Below are positions 1-8,844 of a DNA stretch of 64,000 bases, piece after piece; within the stretch, counting starts at the first letter, position 1, and each line of letters begins with the position of its first letter. Both the position numbers and the translations under genes were made by a program. Location: assembly GCA_963812655.1 (NCBI GenBank), contig CAWEWX010000039.1, forward strand, positions 159,832-223,831, written 5' to 3'. The notes beneath the pieces were generated by a model that did not search any database, was not told the origin of the DNA, and saw nothing but the letters and a program-made list of their open reading frames with translations. Source of the DNA: an uncultured delta proteobacterium. Lineage in GTDB: Bacteria > Desulfobacterota > Desulfobaccia > Desulfobaccales > 0-14-0-80-60-11.

Positions 1-1383
1 TCTACCATCGGCTTCGGCCAGGGGAGGGAGATCAGCATCCTGCGGGAGCTGCACTTCCCCCATTCCCTGGGGCTGCTCTACTCCGCCTTCACCTATTACT
101 GCGGCTTCAAGGTCAACAGCGGCGAATACAAGCTCATGGGCCTGGCGCCTTATGGTAACCCCGACTCGGATCGGACCCGGCGCTGGCGGGATTTGATCCT
201 GGAGGAGCTGGTGGATCTTAGGTCCGACGGCTCCCTGCTCCTCAACATGGACTATTTCAATTATGCCACCGGCCTCACCATGTGCCACGAGGACAAGTGG
301 ACCTCGCTCTTCGGGCTGCCGCCCCGGCCCCGGGAGGGCCACCTGGACCAGCGGCACATGGACCTGGCCCTGGCCATCCAGCAGGTCACCGAGGAGATAG
401 TCCTGCGCCTGGCGGACACCGCCAAGAGGCTCACCGGCGCCGCCAACCTGGTGATGGCCGGCGGGGTGGCCCTGAATTGCGTGGCCAACGGCAAGCTCCT
501 GCGCCGGGGGACCTTCAAGGACCTCTGGATCCAGCCCGCCGCCGGTGACGCCGGCGGCGCCCTGGGCGCCGCCCTGGCCGCCTGGCACATCGTCCAGGGC
601 CAGGAGCGCTCCCTTCCCAACCCGGCCATGGACCAGATGCAGGGCGCCTATCTGGGACCGGAGTTCGGGGCTGACGAGATCTTGCGGCTGACCCGCAGGC
701 ACCAGGCCCCCTATAAGCGTTACCAAAATTTCGATGACCTCAGCAAAGACGTGGCGGCCTTGCTGGCCCAGGGCCAGGTGGTGGGCTGGTTCCAGGGCCG
801 CATGGAGTTCGGGCCCCGGGCCCTGGGGAACCGCTCCATCCTGGGCGACCCCCGGCATCCGGAGATGCAGAAGCGCCTCAATCTCAAGATCAAATACCGG
901 GAGGGCTTCCGGCCCTTCGCACCTTCGGTGCTGATGGAGGAGTGCAGCCAGTACTTCGAGTTGGAGACCCCTTCCCCCTACATGCTGTTGGTGGCCCCGG
1001 TCCGGGACGAGAAGCGCCGGCCCTTGCCCCCGGACTATGAAAACCTGGACCTTTTCCAGCGCCTCTACCAGCTGCGCTCGGAGGTGCCGGCCATCACTCA
1101 CGTGGATTATTCGGCCCGCATCCAGACAGTGCACCGGGAGACCAACGAGAAGTACTGGCGCCTGATCCGGGCCTTCCAGGAACACACCGGCTGCGGTCTC
1201 ATCGTCAACACCAGCTTCAACGTCCGGGGTGAGCCCATCGTCTGCACCCCGGAGCACGCCTACCAGTGCTTCATGCGCACCGAGATGGACTACCTGGTCC
1301 TGGGGGATTTTTTGTTCGATAAACCGAGTCAGCCCCCCTGGCAGGAAGAGAAGGACTGGCGCAGGGAGTACGAACTGGATTAG
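1..1383 (+). CDS. Carbamoyltransferase (NodU/CmcH family), 5'-truncated by window edge
   Basis: Frame 1 is open from base 1 into the listed ORF 136..1383. The C-terminal carbamoyltransferase-type sequence NTSFNVRGEPIVCTPEHAYQCF and the MGLAPYGNP region are typical of NodU/CmcH O-carbamoyltransferases. Confidence 0.85.
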   Translation, partial: STIGFGQGREISILRELHFPHSLGLLYSAFTYYCGFKVNSGEYKLMGLAPYGNPDSDRTRRWRDLILEELVDLRSDGSLLLNMDYFNYATGLTMCHEDKWTSLFGLPPRPREGHLDQRHMDLALAIQQVTEEIVLRLADTAKRLTGAANLVMAGGVALNCVANGKLLRRGTFKDLWIQPAAGDAGGALGAALAAWHIVQGQERSLPNPAMDQMQGAYLGPEFGADEILRLTRRHQAPYKRYQNFDDLSKDVAALLAQGQVVGWFQGRMEFGPRALGNRSILGDPRHPEMQKRLNLKIKYREGFRPFAPSVLMEECSQYFELETPSPYMLLVAPVRDEKRRPLPPDYENLDLFQRLYQLRSEVPAITHVDYSARIQTVHRETNEKYWRLIRAFQEHTGCGLIVNTSFNVRGEPIVCTPEHAYQCFMRTEMDYLVLGDFLFDKPSQPPWQEEKDWRREYELD

Positions 1384-1456
1384 CAGCTTTCAGCAAGTCA
1401 TTCAGCTTTTGGCAAAAATCAATATACTTCATGACGAGATGCACGGGGACGTGGTC

Positions 1457-3100
1457 ATGAAAGTCACCCTGGCCCAGCTAAATCCCATCGTGGGGGACGT
1501 CGCCGGCAATCTCCGGAAAGTCATGGAGACCCTGGCTCAACACGCCGGCGCCACCGACCTCATCGTCTTCTCGGAGCTGTTTCTGGTGGGCTACCCCCCC
1601 CGGGACCTGCTGGAGAACTCCTCCCTCATCCGGCAGGTGCAGCAGGCCCTGACCCATCTGGTGGAAGCCTCCGCGCGCCATCCCGGAACCGCATTGCTGG
1701 TGGGCGCCCCTTTGCCCAGCGGCCGGGATACCGGTAAGGGGCTGAGCAACGCCGCGGTGCTGATCGGCGGCGGCAAGATCTTGTTTGAGCAGCACAAATC
1801 GCTGCTGCCCGCCTACGACGTCTTCGATGAAAGCCGCCACTTCGATCCGGCCGCAGAGGTGCGGGTGGTGGCGCTGGCGCGGGAATCCCTGGGGATCTCC
1901 GTATGCGAAGACGCCTGGTACGAACCGGAGCTTTGGTTTCGCCAGCTCTATCCCCTGGATCCCATCAAGGTGCTGGCGGAACAAGGCGCCTCGGTATTGA
2001 TCAATATCTCGGGGTCACCCTTCCAGGTGGGCAAACCGGAGCAGAGGTACCGGCTCATCCGCAATCACGCCCGGCGCTACCACCTGCCTTTCGTCTACCT
2101 CAACCAGGTGGGGGGCAATGACGAACTCATCTTTGACGGCGCCAGCATGGTCCTGGACGGGGCCGGGGAGGCCATCGCGGTCCTGCCCTCCTTTGAGGAG
2201 GCGGTGGTCACCGTGGATCTGGGGCAACCGGGCGCCCCGGGCCTCTATGTGCCCCTGGAACCCATCGCCGCGGTGCGCCAGGCCCTGGTTTTGGGTCTGC
2301 GGGACTACCTCGGGAAGTGCGGCTTTAGCAAGGCAGTGGTGGGGCTCTCCGGCGGGGTGGACTCGGCGGTCACCTGCTGCCTGGCGGTCCAGGCCCTGGG
2401 TCCGGAAAACGTCCTGGGGGTCCTGATGCCCTCTCCCTACACCTCCCGGGAAAGCATCGTGGACTCCCGCAAACTGGCGGCCAACCTCGGGGTGGAAGTG
2501 CGGCTGATCTCCATCACTCCCGTGTACCAGTGCTACCGGGAATCTCTGCAAGAGCTGCTGCAGTTGGAAGAAATTGAGGTGACCCTGGAAAACATCCAGG
2601 CCCGCATCCGGGGCAACCTCCTCATGGCCATCTCCAACAAGTTCGGGCACATGGTGCTGTCCACCGGCAATAAGAGCGAACTGGCGGTGGGCTACTGCAC
2701 CCTTTACGGCGACATGAGCGGCGGTCTGAGCGTCCTGGCCGACGTCCCCAAGACCATGGTCTACGAGTTGGCGCACCACCTTAACCGGGAGCGGCCGCTG
2801 ATCCCCGGAGAGATCCTCCGGCGGGCTCCCTCGGCGGAGCTGCGTCCCGACCAGAAGGACCAGGATACCCTGCCGCCGTATGAAATCCTGGACCGGATCA
2901 TGGATCATTACCTGGTGGAGCGCTGTTCCTACCAGGATATTGTCGACCGGGGCTTCCAGCCCGACACGGTGCGTTGGGTGATCCGGGCCATTGACCGCAG
3001 TGAGTACAAACGGCGGCAGGCGGCCCCGGGCCTGAAGGTCACCTCCAAGGCCTTCGGCATGGGACGGCGTATCCCCATTGCCGCCAAATTCGATATCTGA
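1457..3100 (+). CDS. nadE: Glutamine-dependent NAD+ synthetase (CN-hydrolase domain + NAD synthase domain)
   Basis: The N-terminal nitrilase-like domain begins MKVTLAQLNPIVGD. The C-terminal PP-loop motif is GLSGGVDSAV. The ORF-track start at 1229 overlaps the upstream gene; I chose ATG 1457 (ATG 1439 also possible). Confidence 0.9.
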   Translation: MKVTLAQLNPIVGDVAGNLRKVMETLAQHAGATDLIVFSELFLVGYPPRDLLENSSLIRQVQQALTHLVEASARHPGTALLVGAPLPSGRDTGKGLSNAAVLIGGGKILFEQHKSLLPAYDVFDESRHFDPAAEVRVVALARESLGISVCEDAWYEPELWFRQLYPLDPIKVLAEQGASVLINISGSPFQVGKPEQRYRLIRNHARRYHLPFVYLNQVGGNDELIFDGASMVLDGAGEAIAVLPSFEEAVVTVDLGQPGAPGLYVPLEPIAAVRQALVLGLRDYLGKCGFSKAVVGLSGGVDSAVTCCLAVQALGPENVLGVLMPSPYTSRESIVDSRKLAANLGVEVRLISITPVYQCYRESLQELLQLEEIEVTLENIQARIRGNLLMAISNKFGHMVLSTGNKSELAVGYCTLYGDMSGGLSVLADVPKTMVYELAHHLNRERPLIPGEILRRAPSAELRPDQKDQDTLPPYEILDRIMDHYLVERCSYQDIVDRGFQPDTVRWVIRAIDRSEYKRRQAAPGLKVTSKAFGMGRRIPIAAKFDI

Positions 3101-3187
3101 GGCGCTCTCCCCCCGTCTTCCGTTTTCCGTCCCTGCTTTAACTTTCCGGACGGCCGCCGCTGCCCCCCCGAGGATGCTGTCCTGCCC

Positions 3188-3652
3188 TCACATCACCTTG
3201 GGGAGATTGGGGGCCTCTGGGGGAGGCGAGGGGGCTTCCGCCGGGGGAGGAGGCAAGGGCGTGGCCGGGGGGAGCGCCTCCGGGGGCGCGGGCCCCGGGC
3301 CCGGGGGCGCGGCTGACCCGGCCGGCGGCCCGGTCTTCATCGTCTTAAAATAGGTCGGGTCGATTGCCGAGAACCAGCCGGGAGGCTGGCTGACGATCTT
3401 CCAAGGGCCGCTGGGCTTGCTCCCCTGGAAGAGATTGCCCTCCCAATAAAAGTAATATCTGGTCCCGTGGCGGAAGACATCGGTGGGGAGGTTGGGGGCC
3501 CAATCGACCCCGGGGGCGTTGGGCACCGGGGTCCATTGGGGCTGGACTTGGGGCGGCACCGGGTTGATGCGGATGTCCGTGGCCGCCCGCGGCGCCCCGG
3601 CAAAGGCCAGCACCAGGGCGGCGGCTGCCAAGAGCCTGCCAGGTCCAGTCAT
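3188..3652 (-). CDS. Secreted proline-rich hypothetical protein
   Basis: The internal ATG at 3652 is preceded by GGAGGG. A signal-peptide-like N-terminus (MTGPGRLLAAAALVLAFAGAPRA) is followed by a compact domain and a PxP-rich tail. No family recognised. Confidence 0.5.
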   Translation of the reverse strand: MTGPGRLLAAAALVLAFAGAPRAATDIRINPVPPQVQPQWTPVPNAPGVDWAPNLPTDVFRHGTRYYFYWEGNLFQGSKPSGPWKIVSQPPGWFSAIDPTYFKTMKTGPPAGSAAPPGPGPAPPEALPPATPLPPPPAEAPSPPPEAPNLPKVM

Positions 3653-4045
3653 CGGCTCATACCCTCCTGCAGGATTGGGGGAAGGATCCGGCGGTGAGGC
3701 CGCTCTCGGGCCCATGACCGCCGTAGATAATAGTAATACCTCTGGTTGAAGAGGAAAAGGCCCCCGGGGAGATTGGGGACCTAAAAATCCTTGGGGACCT
3801 CTCAGGCCGCCAGGAAGGTTAGCGAAGTAATGGCGCCCCGGACGAGCTCTTGTGGCGCTCTCTGGCTTTCTGACGCTGTCCGGAAATCCGCAAACCGCCA
3901 AAGAGATCAGGCTGAACCGTCACCGGCGGCGCGGGAACCGGCTGCCAGAGGGTGGGTATCCCACATACTCAGGAACTTTTCAAGACAGAAAACAGAGCCT
4001 CTTGCAAAAGTCATATTCAATAGCGAAATTAACGTTATTGACCTA

Positions 4046-4168
4046 TTCCCTCCCCCTTGAGGGGGCGACACGGGGAGGGGGTGGCGAAAGTAGTTACGCA
4101 TTACCCAATAGTTACCAACGACTGACGCCCCCCTCCCCCTAACCCCCTCCCCCCGTGGGGAGGGGGAA
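4046..4168. repeat. Composite G/C-run inverted-repeat element (MITE/REP-like), copy 1
   Basis: Left arm TCCCTCCCCCTTGAGGGGG..GGGGAGGGGGTGGCG, right arm C-rich CCCTCCCCCTAACCCCCTCCCC..GGGGAGGGGGA. Each arm is itself a hairpin. A near-identical architecture occurs at 15710..15817. Confidence 0.8.
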
Positions 4169-4232
4169 AAGACGCCTTAACCGGTTTAACCTGACTTTTG
4201 CAAGACCCTCAACAGAAAACAGAAAACTGCCT

Positions 4233-4952
4233 CTAGTCCTCCGGAATATTGCGTTGCCGGCCTACTGCCAGGTCGTGCAGCGGAATGAGGATGTCCGCCA
4301 TCTCCCTGACCCGCCGGGCGCTTTCATAGGCGTCGATCACGTTGAGATGCACTCCCGAGGGCACCACCGGACCCTTGGCGGGAAAGTTCTGCTCGTTGCA
4401 GCAAAACCCGGTGATCACCGCCTTGCCCCGGCGGGTGTTCACCACCACCGATTGTCCACCCACGGTGTGTCCTGGGGTGAGGAGCACCTGGATACCCTCG
4501 ACGATCTCGGCATCCCCCTCCACCGGCACGATCTCCAGGCCATCCAGCAGGTCCGGGAAGTAGCGGTGGTCAATGGGGTGGGGATTTAAAAAGAAGTCGT
4601 ACTCCTTTTTCTGTACGTAAATTCTGGCGTTCCTGCACTTGTAGTCATTTTCGCAGTGGTCGTTGTGCAGGTGGGTGTGGATGATGATGTCGATATCCTC
4701 GGGCTTGAGGCCGTAGCTGCCCAGGGCCGCCTCGAACTCCTGGATCTTCAGGCCGTATTGCTCCGCTACCGCCGGCGGCACCATGAACTGCTCCAGGCCG
4801 GTATCCACCAGGATTTTTTCCGGACCCCCTTCCAGGTAAAAGACGTAGATGGGTATCCAGATCCTTTTGCCATAGCCCTTCAAATAGGTCATGACGCCCT
4901 GGTCGGTTTCGTTGGCCCCCACCACCAGGGGATGGATGACATATTGGCGCAT
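4233..4952 (-). CDS. MBL-fold metallo-hydrolase (lactonase-like)
   Basis: HxHxDH motif HTHLHNDH and downstream TPGHT. Start ATG 4952 is preceded by GGAGAGGAG. Confidence 0.8.
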   Translation of the reverse strand: MRQYVIHPLVVGANETDQGVMTYLKGYGKRIWIPIYVFYLEGGPEKILVDTGLEQFMVPPAVAEQYGLKIQEFEAALGSYGLKPEDIDIIIHTHLHNDHCENDYKCRNARIYVQKKEYDFFLNPHPIDHRYFPDLLDGLEIVPVEGDAEIVEGIQVLLTPGHTVGGQSVVVNTRRGKAVITGFCCNEQNFPAKGPVVPSGVHLNVIDAYESARRVREMADILIPLHDLAVGRQRNIPED

Positions 4953-5140
4953 GCTCCTCTCCTCTCGCTGGTTCATCGGGGAAAACGATCTTTATTATAC
5001 GCCTGGACAGAAAAAATATTAAGGCTGAACGGTGAGGGCGGAACCTGCTTCGCTCCAGGGCGCACCCCGGAAAAATTCAGGGGAGCGGCTTAGACCGCGC
5101 CCCCCATAGTCGCAGGTTCAGAGCCGCGGCTGGCCCGGCC

Positions 5141-5929
5141 TCATCTCATCCGGCCGGCAATGACCCGACGGGCCACGTTGATGGGGATGGCAAAACTGAT
5201 GCCCTGGGCCCCCTGGGCCATCATGGTATTGATGCCGACCACCTGGCCGTCGATGTCCAGCAAGGGTCCGCCGCTGTTGCCGGGGTTGATGGAGGCATCC
5301 GTCTGGATGAAGTCGCTGTATTGGCCAGTGCCCAGACCCCGGCGGCCGGTGGCGCTGATAATACCCACGGTCATGGTGTGCTCCAGCCCGTAGGGGCTGC
5401 CGATGGCGATGGCCCACTGGCCCACCTGCAATCTGTCGGAGTCCCCCATAGTCACGGCCTTCAACCCCTGGGCCTGCACCTGGACCAGGGCCACGTCAAA
5501 TTTTTTGTCGTAGCCTACTAACCGGCCCCGGAGTTCGCGGCCATCATAGAGTTTCACCTGAATCTCCTGGGACCCGGCCACCACGTGGCTGTTGGTCAGG
5601 ATATAGCCCCTGGGATCGATGATAATCCCGGAGCCCTGCCCCACCTGGCGGACGGTGCGGCCCCCGCCGTATTCCCGGAAAGTCCCTTCATAGGGGGTCC
5701 CCCGCCAGAAATCCTGCGGGGACCCATTGGGTTCAGTCTGGATCACTTTGACGGCCTTCAGGCTAACCACCGAAGGCATCACCTCTTGGGCCACCCGGAC
5801 AAAGTCGGATTGCAGCCCCGTGGCCGCGGAGGCGGCTGCCGCCGGGCCGGGCCCTGGCGGCCCCATCCCCGCGGGCACGGTTAGGGCCAGTCCCAGGGAG
5901 AGCAAGATCAAGGAGCAACGCTGGCGCAT
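5141..5929 (-). CDS. Trypsin-like serine protease (S1C/HtrA-like catalytic domain, no PDZ domain evident)
   Basis: Signal peptide MRQRCSLILLSLGLALTVPAG. Catalytic-triad contexts TNSHVV, DVALVQV and GNSGGPLL. The 262-aa length leaves no room for a PDZ domain. Confidence 0.8.
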   Translation of the reverse strand: MRQRCSLILLSLGLALTVPAGMGPPGPGPAAAASAATGLQSDFVRVAQEVMPSVVSLKAVKVIQTEPNGSPQDFWRGTPYEGTFREYGGGRTVRQVGQGSGIIIDPRGYILTNSHVVAGSQEIQVKLYDGRELRGRLVGYDKKFDVALVQVQAQGLKAVTMGDSDRLQVGQWAIAIGSPYGLEHTMTVGIISATGRRGLGTGQYSDFIQTDASINPGNSGGPLLDIDGQVVGINTMMAQGAQGISFAIPINVARRVIAGRMR

Positions 5930-6089
5930 GTAAGTCTCCGATTAGTGGAAGAATTTCCAATAGCTTGGCAACAATATTATCATAACTCTAGTCCCCGGGA
6001 GCGTCAAGTTCAGGGAATTGCTGGACCGCGCCAGCTATCCGCCTTGGCGGCTTTCTTTGCTTTCCCCCCCCCGTTTTTTCCTTTTTTTG

Positions 6090-6455
6090 TTAGGGCAGCA
6101 GCAAAGGCGGCGCCTCCGGCCGCGGGCCGATGACCTCCAAGACCTGCCGGGGGATCAGACTAGCCGCCAGAGCCAGGAAGGGCAAACCCTGGCCGCTGGT
6201 GGCGTTGCGCAGGCCCGCGTCCCCGCCGATGGCCAGGCAGACGGCCGGCGCACCTGGCCGCTGGCGGGTCCAGAAGACCCTAAGGGGGCAGGGGCCGCCG
6301 CCACCGGGGCCTTGCCAGCCAATTAGGGTGTGGCTCTCTCCGTCGGGGTAATCCAGGACCAGGGTCACCCCCCGCCAGATGGGGGAGAGCACCTCCAACC
6401 CCAACCGGGGCAGGCCTTCGGCCACGTTGCCGCCCGGAGTCACTTCATATTTCAA
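6090..6455 (-). CDS. Hypothetical protein
   Basis: 121-aa ORF with backbone-like codon usage. No motif recognised. Confidence 0.4.
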   Translation of the reverse strand: MKYEVTPGGNVAEGLPRLGLEVLSPIWRGVTLVLDYPDGESHTLIGWQGPGGGGPCPLRVFWTRQRPGAPAVCLAIGGDAGLRNATSGQGLPFLALAASLIPRQVLEVIGPRPEAPPLLLP

Positions 6456-6513
6456 GATAAAACCCCGGGTTCCGATAATGGACTTCTTCTAGTTAGAGAG
6501 GAACCCGCCCCAT

Positions 6514-6704
6514 TTATTATTACTCAGGGCGAAAAATTGGATTATGAGGTTTTTGACTTTGATTTGCCTTGCCTTTCAGGGAAAACGGTAAACGGGAAAC
6601 GGGTCCAGTTTAACTATGGAGGTTTCATTTAATCCCCTCTCCCCCGATGGGGGAGAGGGTTAGGGTGAGGGGTAATTTAATCTCTTTTCCGCTCCCATTA
6701 ATAA
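6514..6704. repeat. Composite intergenic element (TTATTACTCAGGGCGAAAAATTG ... CCCTCTCCCCC-loop-GGGGGAGAGGGTTAGGGTGAGGGG ... TCTCTTTTCCGCTCCC), copy with internal heptamer insertion
   Basis: Shares both ends with 27134..27254. The central hairpin core recurs at 33303..33372 and 54753..54808 (opposite orientation), and in reduced form at 8655..8703, 18200..18232 and 48096..48134. Confidence 0.8.
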
Positions 6705-6802
6705 ATCTAACTTTTCGTACTTCGAGGTGCCTGGCTGGGGTGAACCCTCGTATCCCCTGGAGTCGGGGGGCGGCTGGCTGAAATTGGCACTGGATTAGGC
6801 AA

Positions 6803-7948
6803 TCATGGTCTGCTTGGGGCCGCGGCCTCCTCCAGCACCGACAGGGTCTGAGTTACCGTGGCCTCCCAGCTCAGGTGCGCCACCGCACCGGCCGCGGCCC
6901 GGCGCACCTCCGGGGCCTCGCCCCGGGAGAGATATTCCTCCAGAGCCCGGGTCAAGCCGGGGACGTCATTGGCGCGCGCCAGGACCTCCCCGTGGCCATC
7001 GGGGCGCAGGAATTCGGCGGCGCCGTTGGCCCCGGTGGTGACCACCGGAAGGCCGCAACCCAGGGCCTCCAGGACCACGTTGCTGCAAGGATCGTAGATG
7101 GTGGGCAGGGCCAGCACCGTGGCGGCCTGGTAAAAGGGCGCTAGGTCGGCCTGGGGTCCCCAAAACTTGACCCTCGCCGCCACTCCCAGCCGCCGCGCCT
7201 GTCGCTGATAGGAGGCGGGCTCGCCTTTGCCCACCACCCAGAGGACCGCTTCTTGATGCCGCAGACCGCCAAAGGCCTCGAGGAGATAGGTCAAACCTTT
7301 GCGGCCAAACCCGGAACCGGCGAATAACACGAGGGGGCCGGCTGGCGCCCCCAGCCCGGCCCGCAGGGCTGCTCGCTGCGGCGCTTCCAGGGGCCGGAAT
7401 CTCCGCCGGTCCAGGCCGTTGTAAATCACCGCCACCCGTTGCGGGTCCAGGCGGTAATGGCGGATGATCTCCTCCTTCACCTGCTGGGAATTGGCGATGA
7501 CCCGGCGGAGGCCGGGGTCGGCAAAGAGGCGCTCCTCCAGGGCCAGCATCACCCGGTGGAACAGGCTGAGGCCCTGGAAGGCCCGGGCGGCGGGGGAGAG
7601 AAAAGGGGTGCGCAGCTTGAGCCACTCCCGGTGGCAGCCGTCCCCGGCCCGATAAACCTGGGGGGACAGGGTGCGTTCCAGGCTGAAAACCACCTGGGGG
7701 CCGGCCTTTTCCAGGAGCCGGCGGGCGCCCAGCACGTAAGAGAGGAGACGGCCGGTCTTGCCGGGCCACACCGGCACCGGCACATAACCCACCTGCGGGC
7801 CCAGGGCGGCCCGGGCGGTGTCTTCAGCCTCGTTGCCGTAAACCGCCACCTGGTGGCCCGCCGCCGCCAGCCCCTGGGCCAGGTGTTGCACGGTGGTCTC
7901 GGCCCCGCCGGGGCCCCCCACCCTCTGCCTCAACATGGCGATTTTCAT
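6803..7948 (-). CDS. Glycosyltransferase family 4 (LPS core glycosyltransferase-like)
   Basis: GT-B fold hallmarks: N-terminal GGAETTV..LA..L...GH.V and a C-terminal E..G..VVE-type region (NVVLEALGCGLPVV). Sits in an LPS cluster. Confidence 0.85.
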   Translation of the reverse strand: MKIAMLRQRVGGPGGAETTVQHLAQGLAAAGHQVAVYGNEAEDTARAALGPQVGYVPVPVWPGKTGRLLSYVLGARRLLEKAGPQVVFSLERTLSPQVYRAGDGCHREWLKLRTPFLSPAARAFQGLSLFHRVMLALEERLFADPGLRRVIANSQQVKEEIIRHYRLDPQRVAVIYNGLDRRRFRPLEAPQRAALRAGLGAPAGPLVLFAGSGFGRKGLTYLLEAFGGLRHQEAVLWVVGKGEPASYQRQARRLGVAARVKFWGPQADLAPFYQAATVLALPTIYDPCSNVVLEALGCGLPVVTTGANGAAEFLRPDGHGEVLARANDVPGLTRALEEYLSRGEAPEVRRAAAGAVAHLSWEATVTQTLSVLEEAAAPSRP

Positions 7949-8128
7949 GGATTTCCGGTAGCGCCGGCGTCTCGCCCGGGCCGGTATTTGGGTGTCCCCG
8001 GCTTTCCAGCCCGGGGAGCTGCAGGGGCGTTGCTTGCTGCGCCATGACCAGATATTGGGGCACGGCCAGCTCCGCCCCGACGGGAGATTCGCTTGGCCGC
8101 CCCTAAGCCGCCGCTGCCTGTTAAAGGC

Positions 8129-8638
8129 TCAGGTGGTGGCGCCTCTGGCCGCGGCCATGAGTTCGGCCATGGCAGCCTGCTCAAATTCCCCGGCCTTCTC
8201 CGAGCGGGGCAGGGAGGCGGCGCCCTGGATGACCCGCTGGGCCGGGGAGGTGTCCTGTTTGACCTTCTCCACCCTAAGCTCCCACATAGCCATGGCGTCG
8301 CTCATGGCCATGGACTCCTTGAGGAGCCGCACGCTGCCCTGGATGCCCATCACCAGATCCTCGGCGCCCACGATTTCCAGGGAAACCCGGCCGTCCCGGC
8401 GCAGATTGGCGGTGGTGGTGCTGCTCCTCAGGGTGCCCAACAACAGGGTGCGCTCGTCCTTGGCGTAGATGAGGGTAACGGGACAGGTGTTGGGCGCCCC
8501 GTCGGCCCCCACCGTGCCGGCCACCGCGATGATCCGGTTGGGGTTGCGGTTGAAAAGCTGCATCAGATCGATGATCTGCTCTTCCCCGGGTTTCCGGGCC
8601 ACATTGACCAACAGGCGGTCACCCACTATGCGGGCCAT
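8129..8638 (-). CDS. Pyridoxamine 5'-phosphate oxidase-like (split-barrel flavin-binding) family protein
   Basis: The sequence pattern (IIAVAGTVGADGAPNTCPVTL..., LRRDGRVSLEIV) resembles PNPOx-like split-barrel proteins. Start ATG 8638 is preceded by GAGGAG. Confidence 0.6.
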   Translation of the reverse strand: MARIVGDRLLVNVARKPGEEQIIDLMQLFNRNPNRIIAVAGTVGADGAPNTCPVTLIYAKDERTLLLGTLRSSTTTANLRRDGRVSLEIVGAEDLVMGIQGSVRLLKESMAMSDAMAMWELRVEKVKQDTSPAQRVIQGAASLPRSEKAGEFEQAAMAELMAAARGATT

Positions 8639-8844
8639 GGTTTCATCTCCTCTATCCCCCCTCACTCCAGCCCTCTCCCCCGCAAAGCGGCGGGAGAGAG
8701 GCTATGAATGTGAGAAGGTCTGGTTAAATTTGGGGGTCAGTATCCAGGGCGGCCCCTGGCCGCCGTGATCTCAGGAAGCCCCTGCCGGGGCGCCTGTGCC
8801 ACCGGAATGCTTAACCGAAAACCAAAAACCGAAAACCACCGTCT

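Noticed and set aside
1229-1456. Longer start for nadE, overlapping the carbamoyltransferase 3' end
   Set aside because: The extension lies in an alternate frame of a confidently coding region. CN-hydrolase homology starts at MKVTLAQLNP.
3791-4142. ORFs 3791..4060, 3852..4142 and 4155..4589 spanning the composite repeat element
   Set aside because: They run through REP/MITE sequence or antisense to the MBL hydrolase. The peptides such as LPLEGATRGGGGE are the usual translation artefacts of this repeat family.
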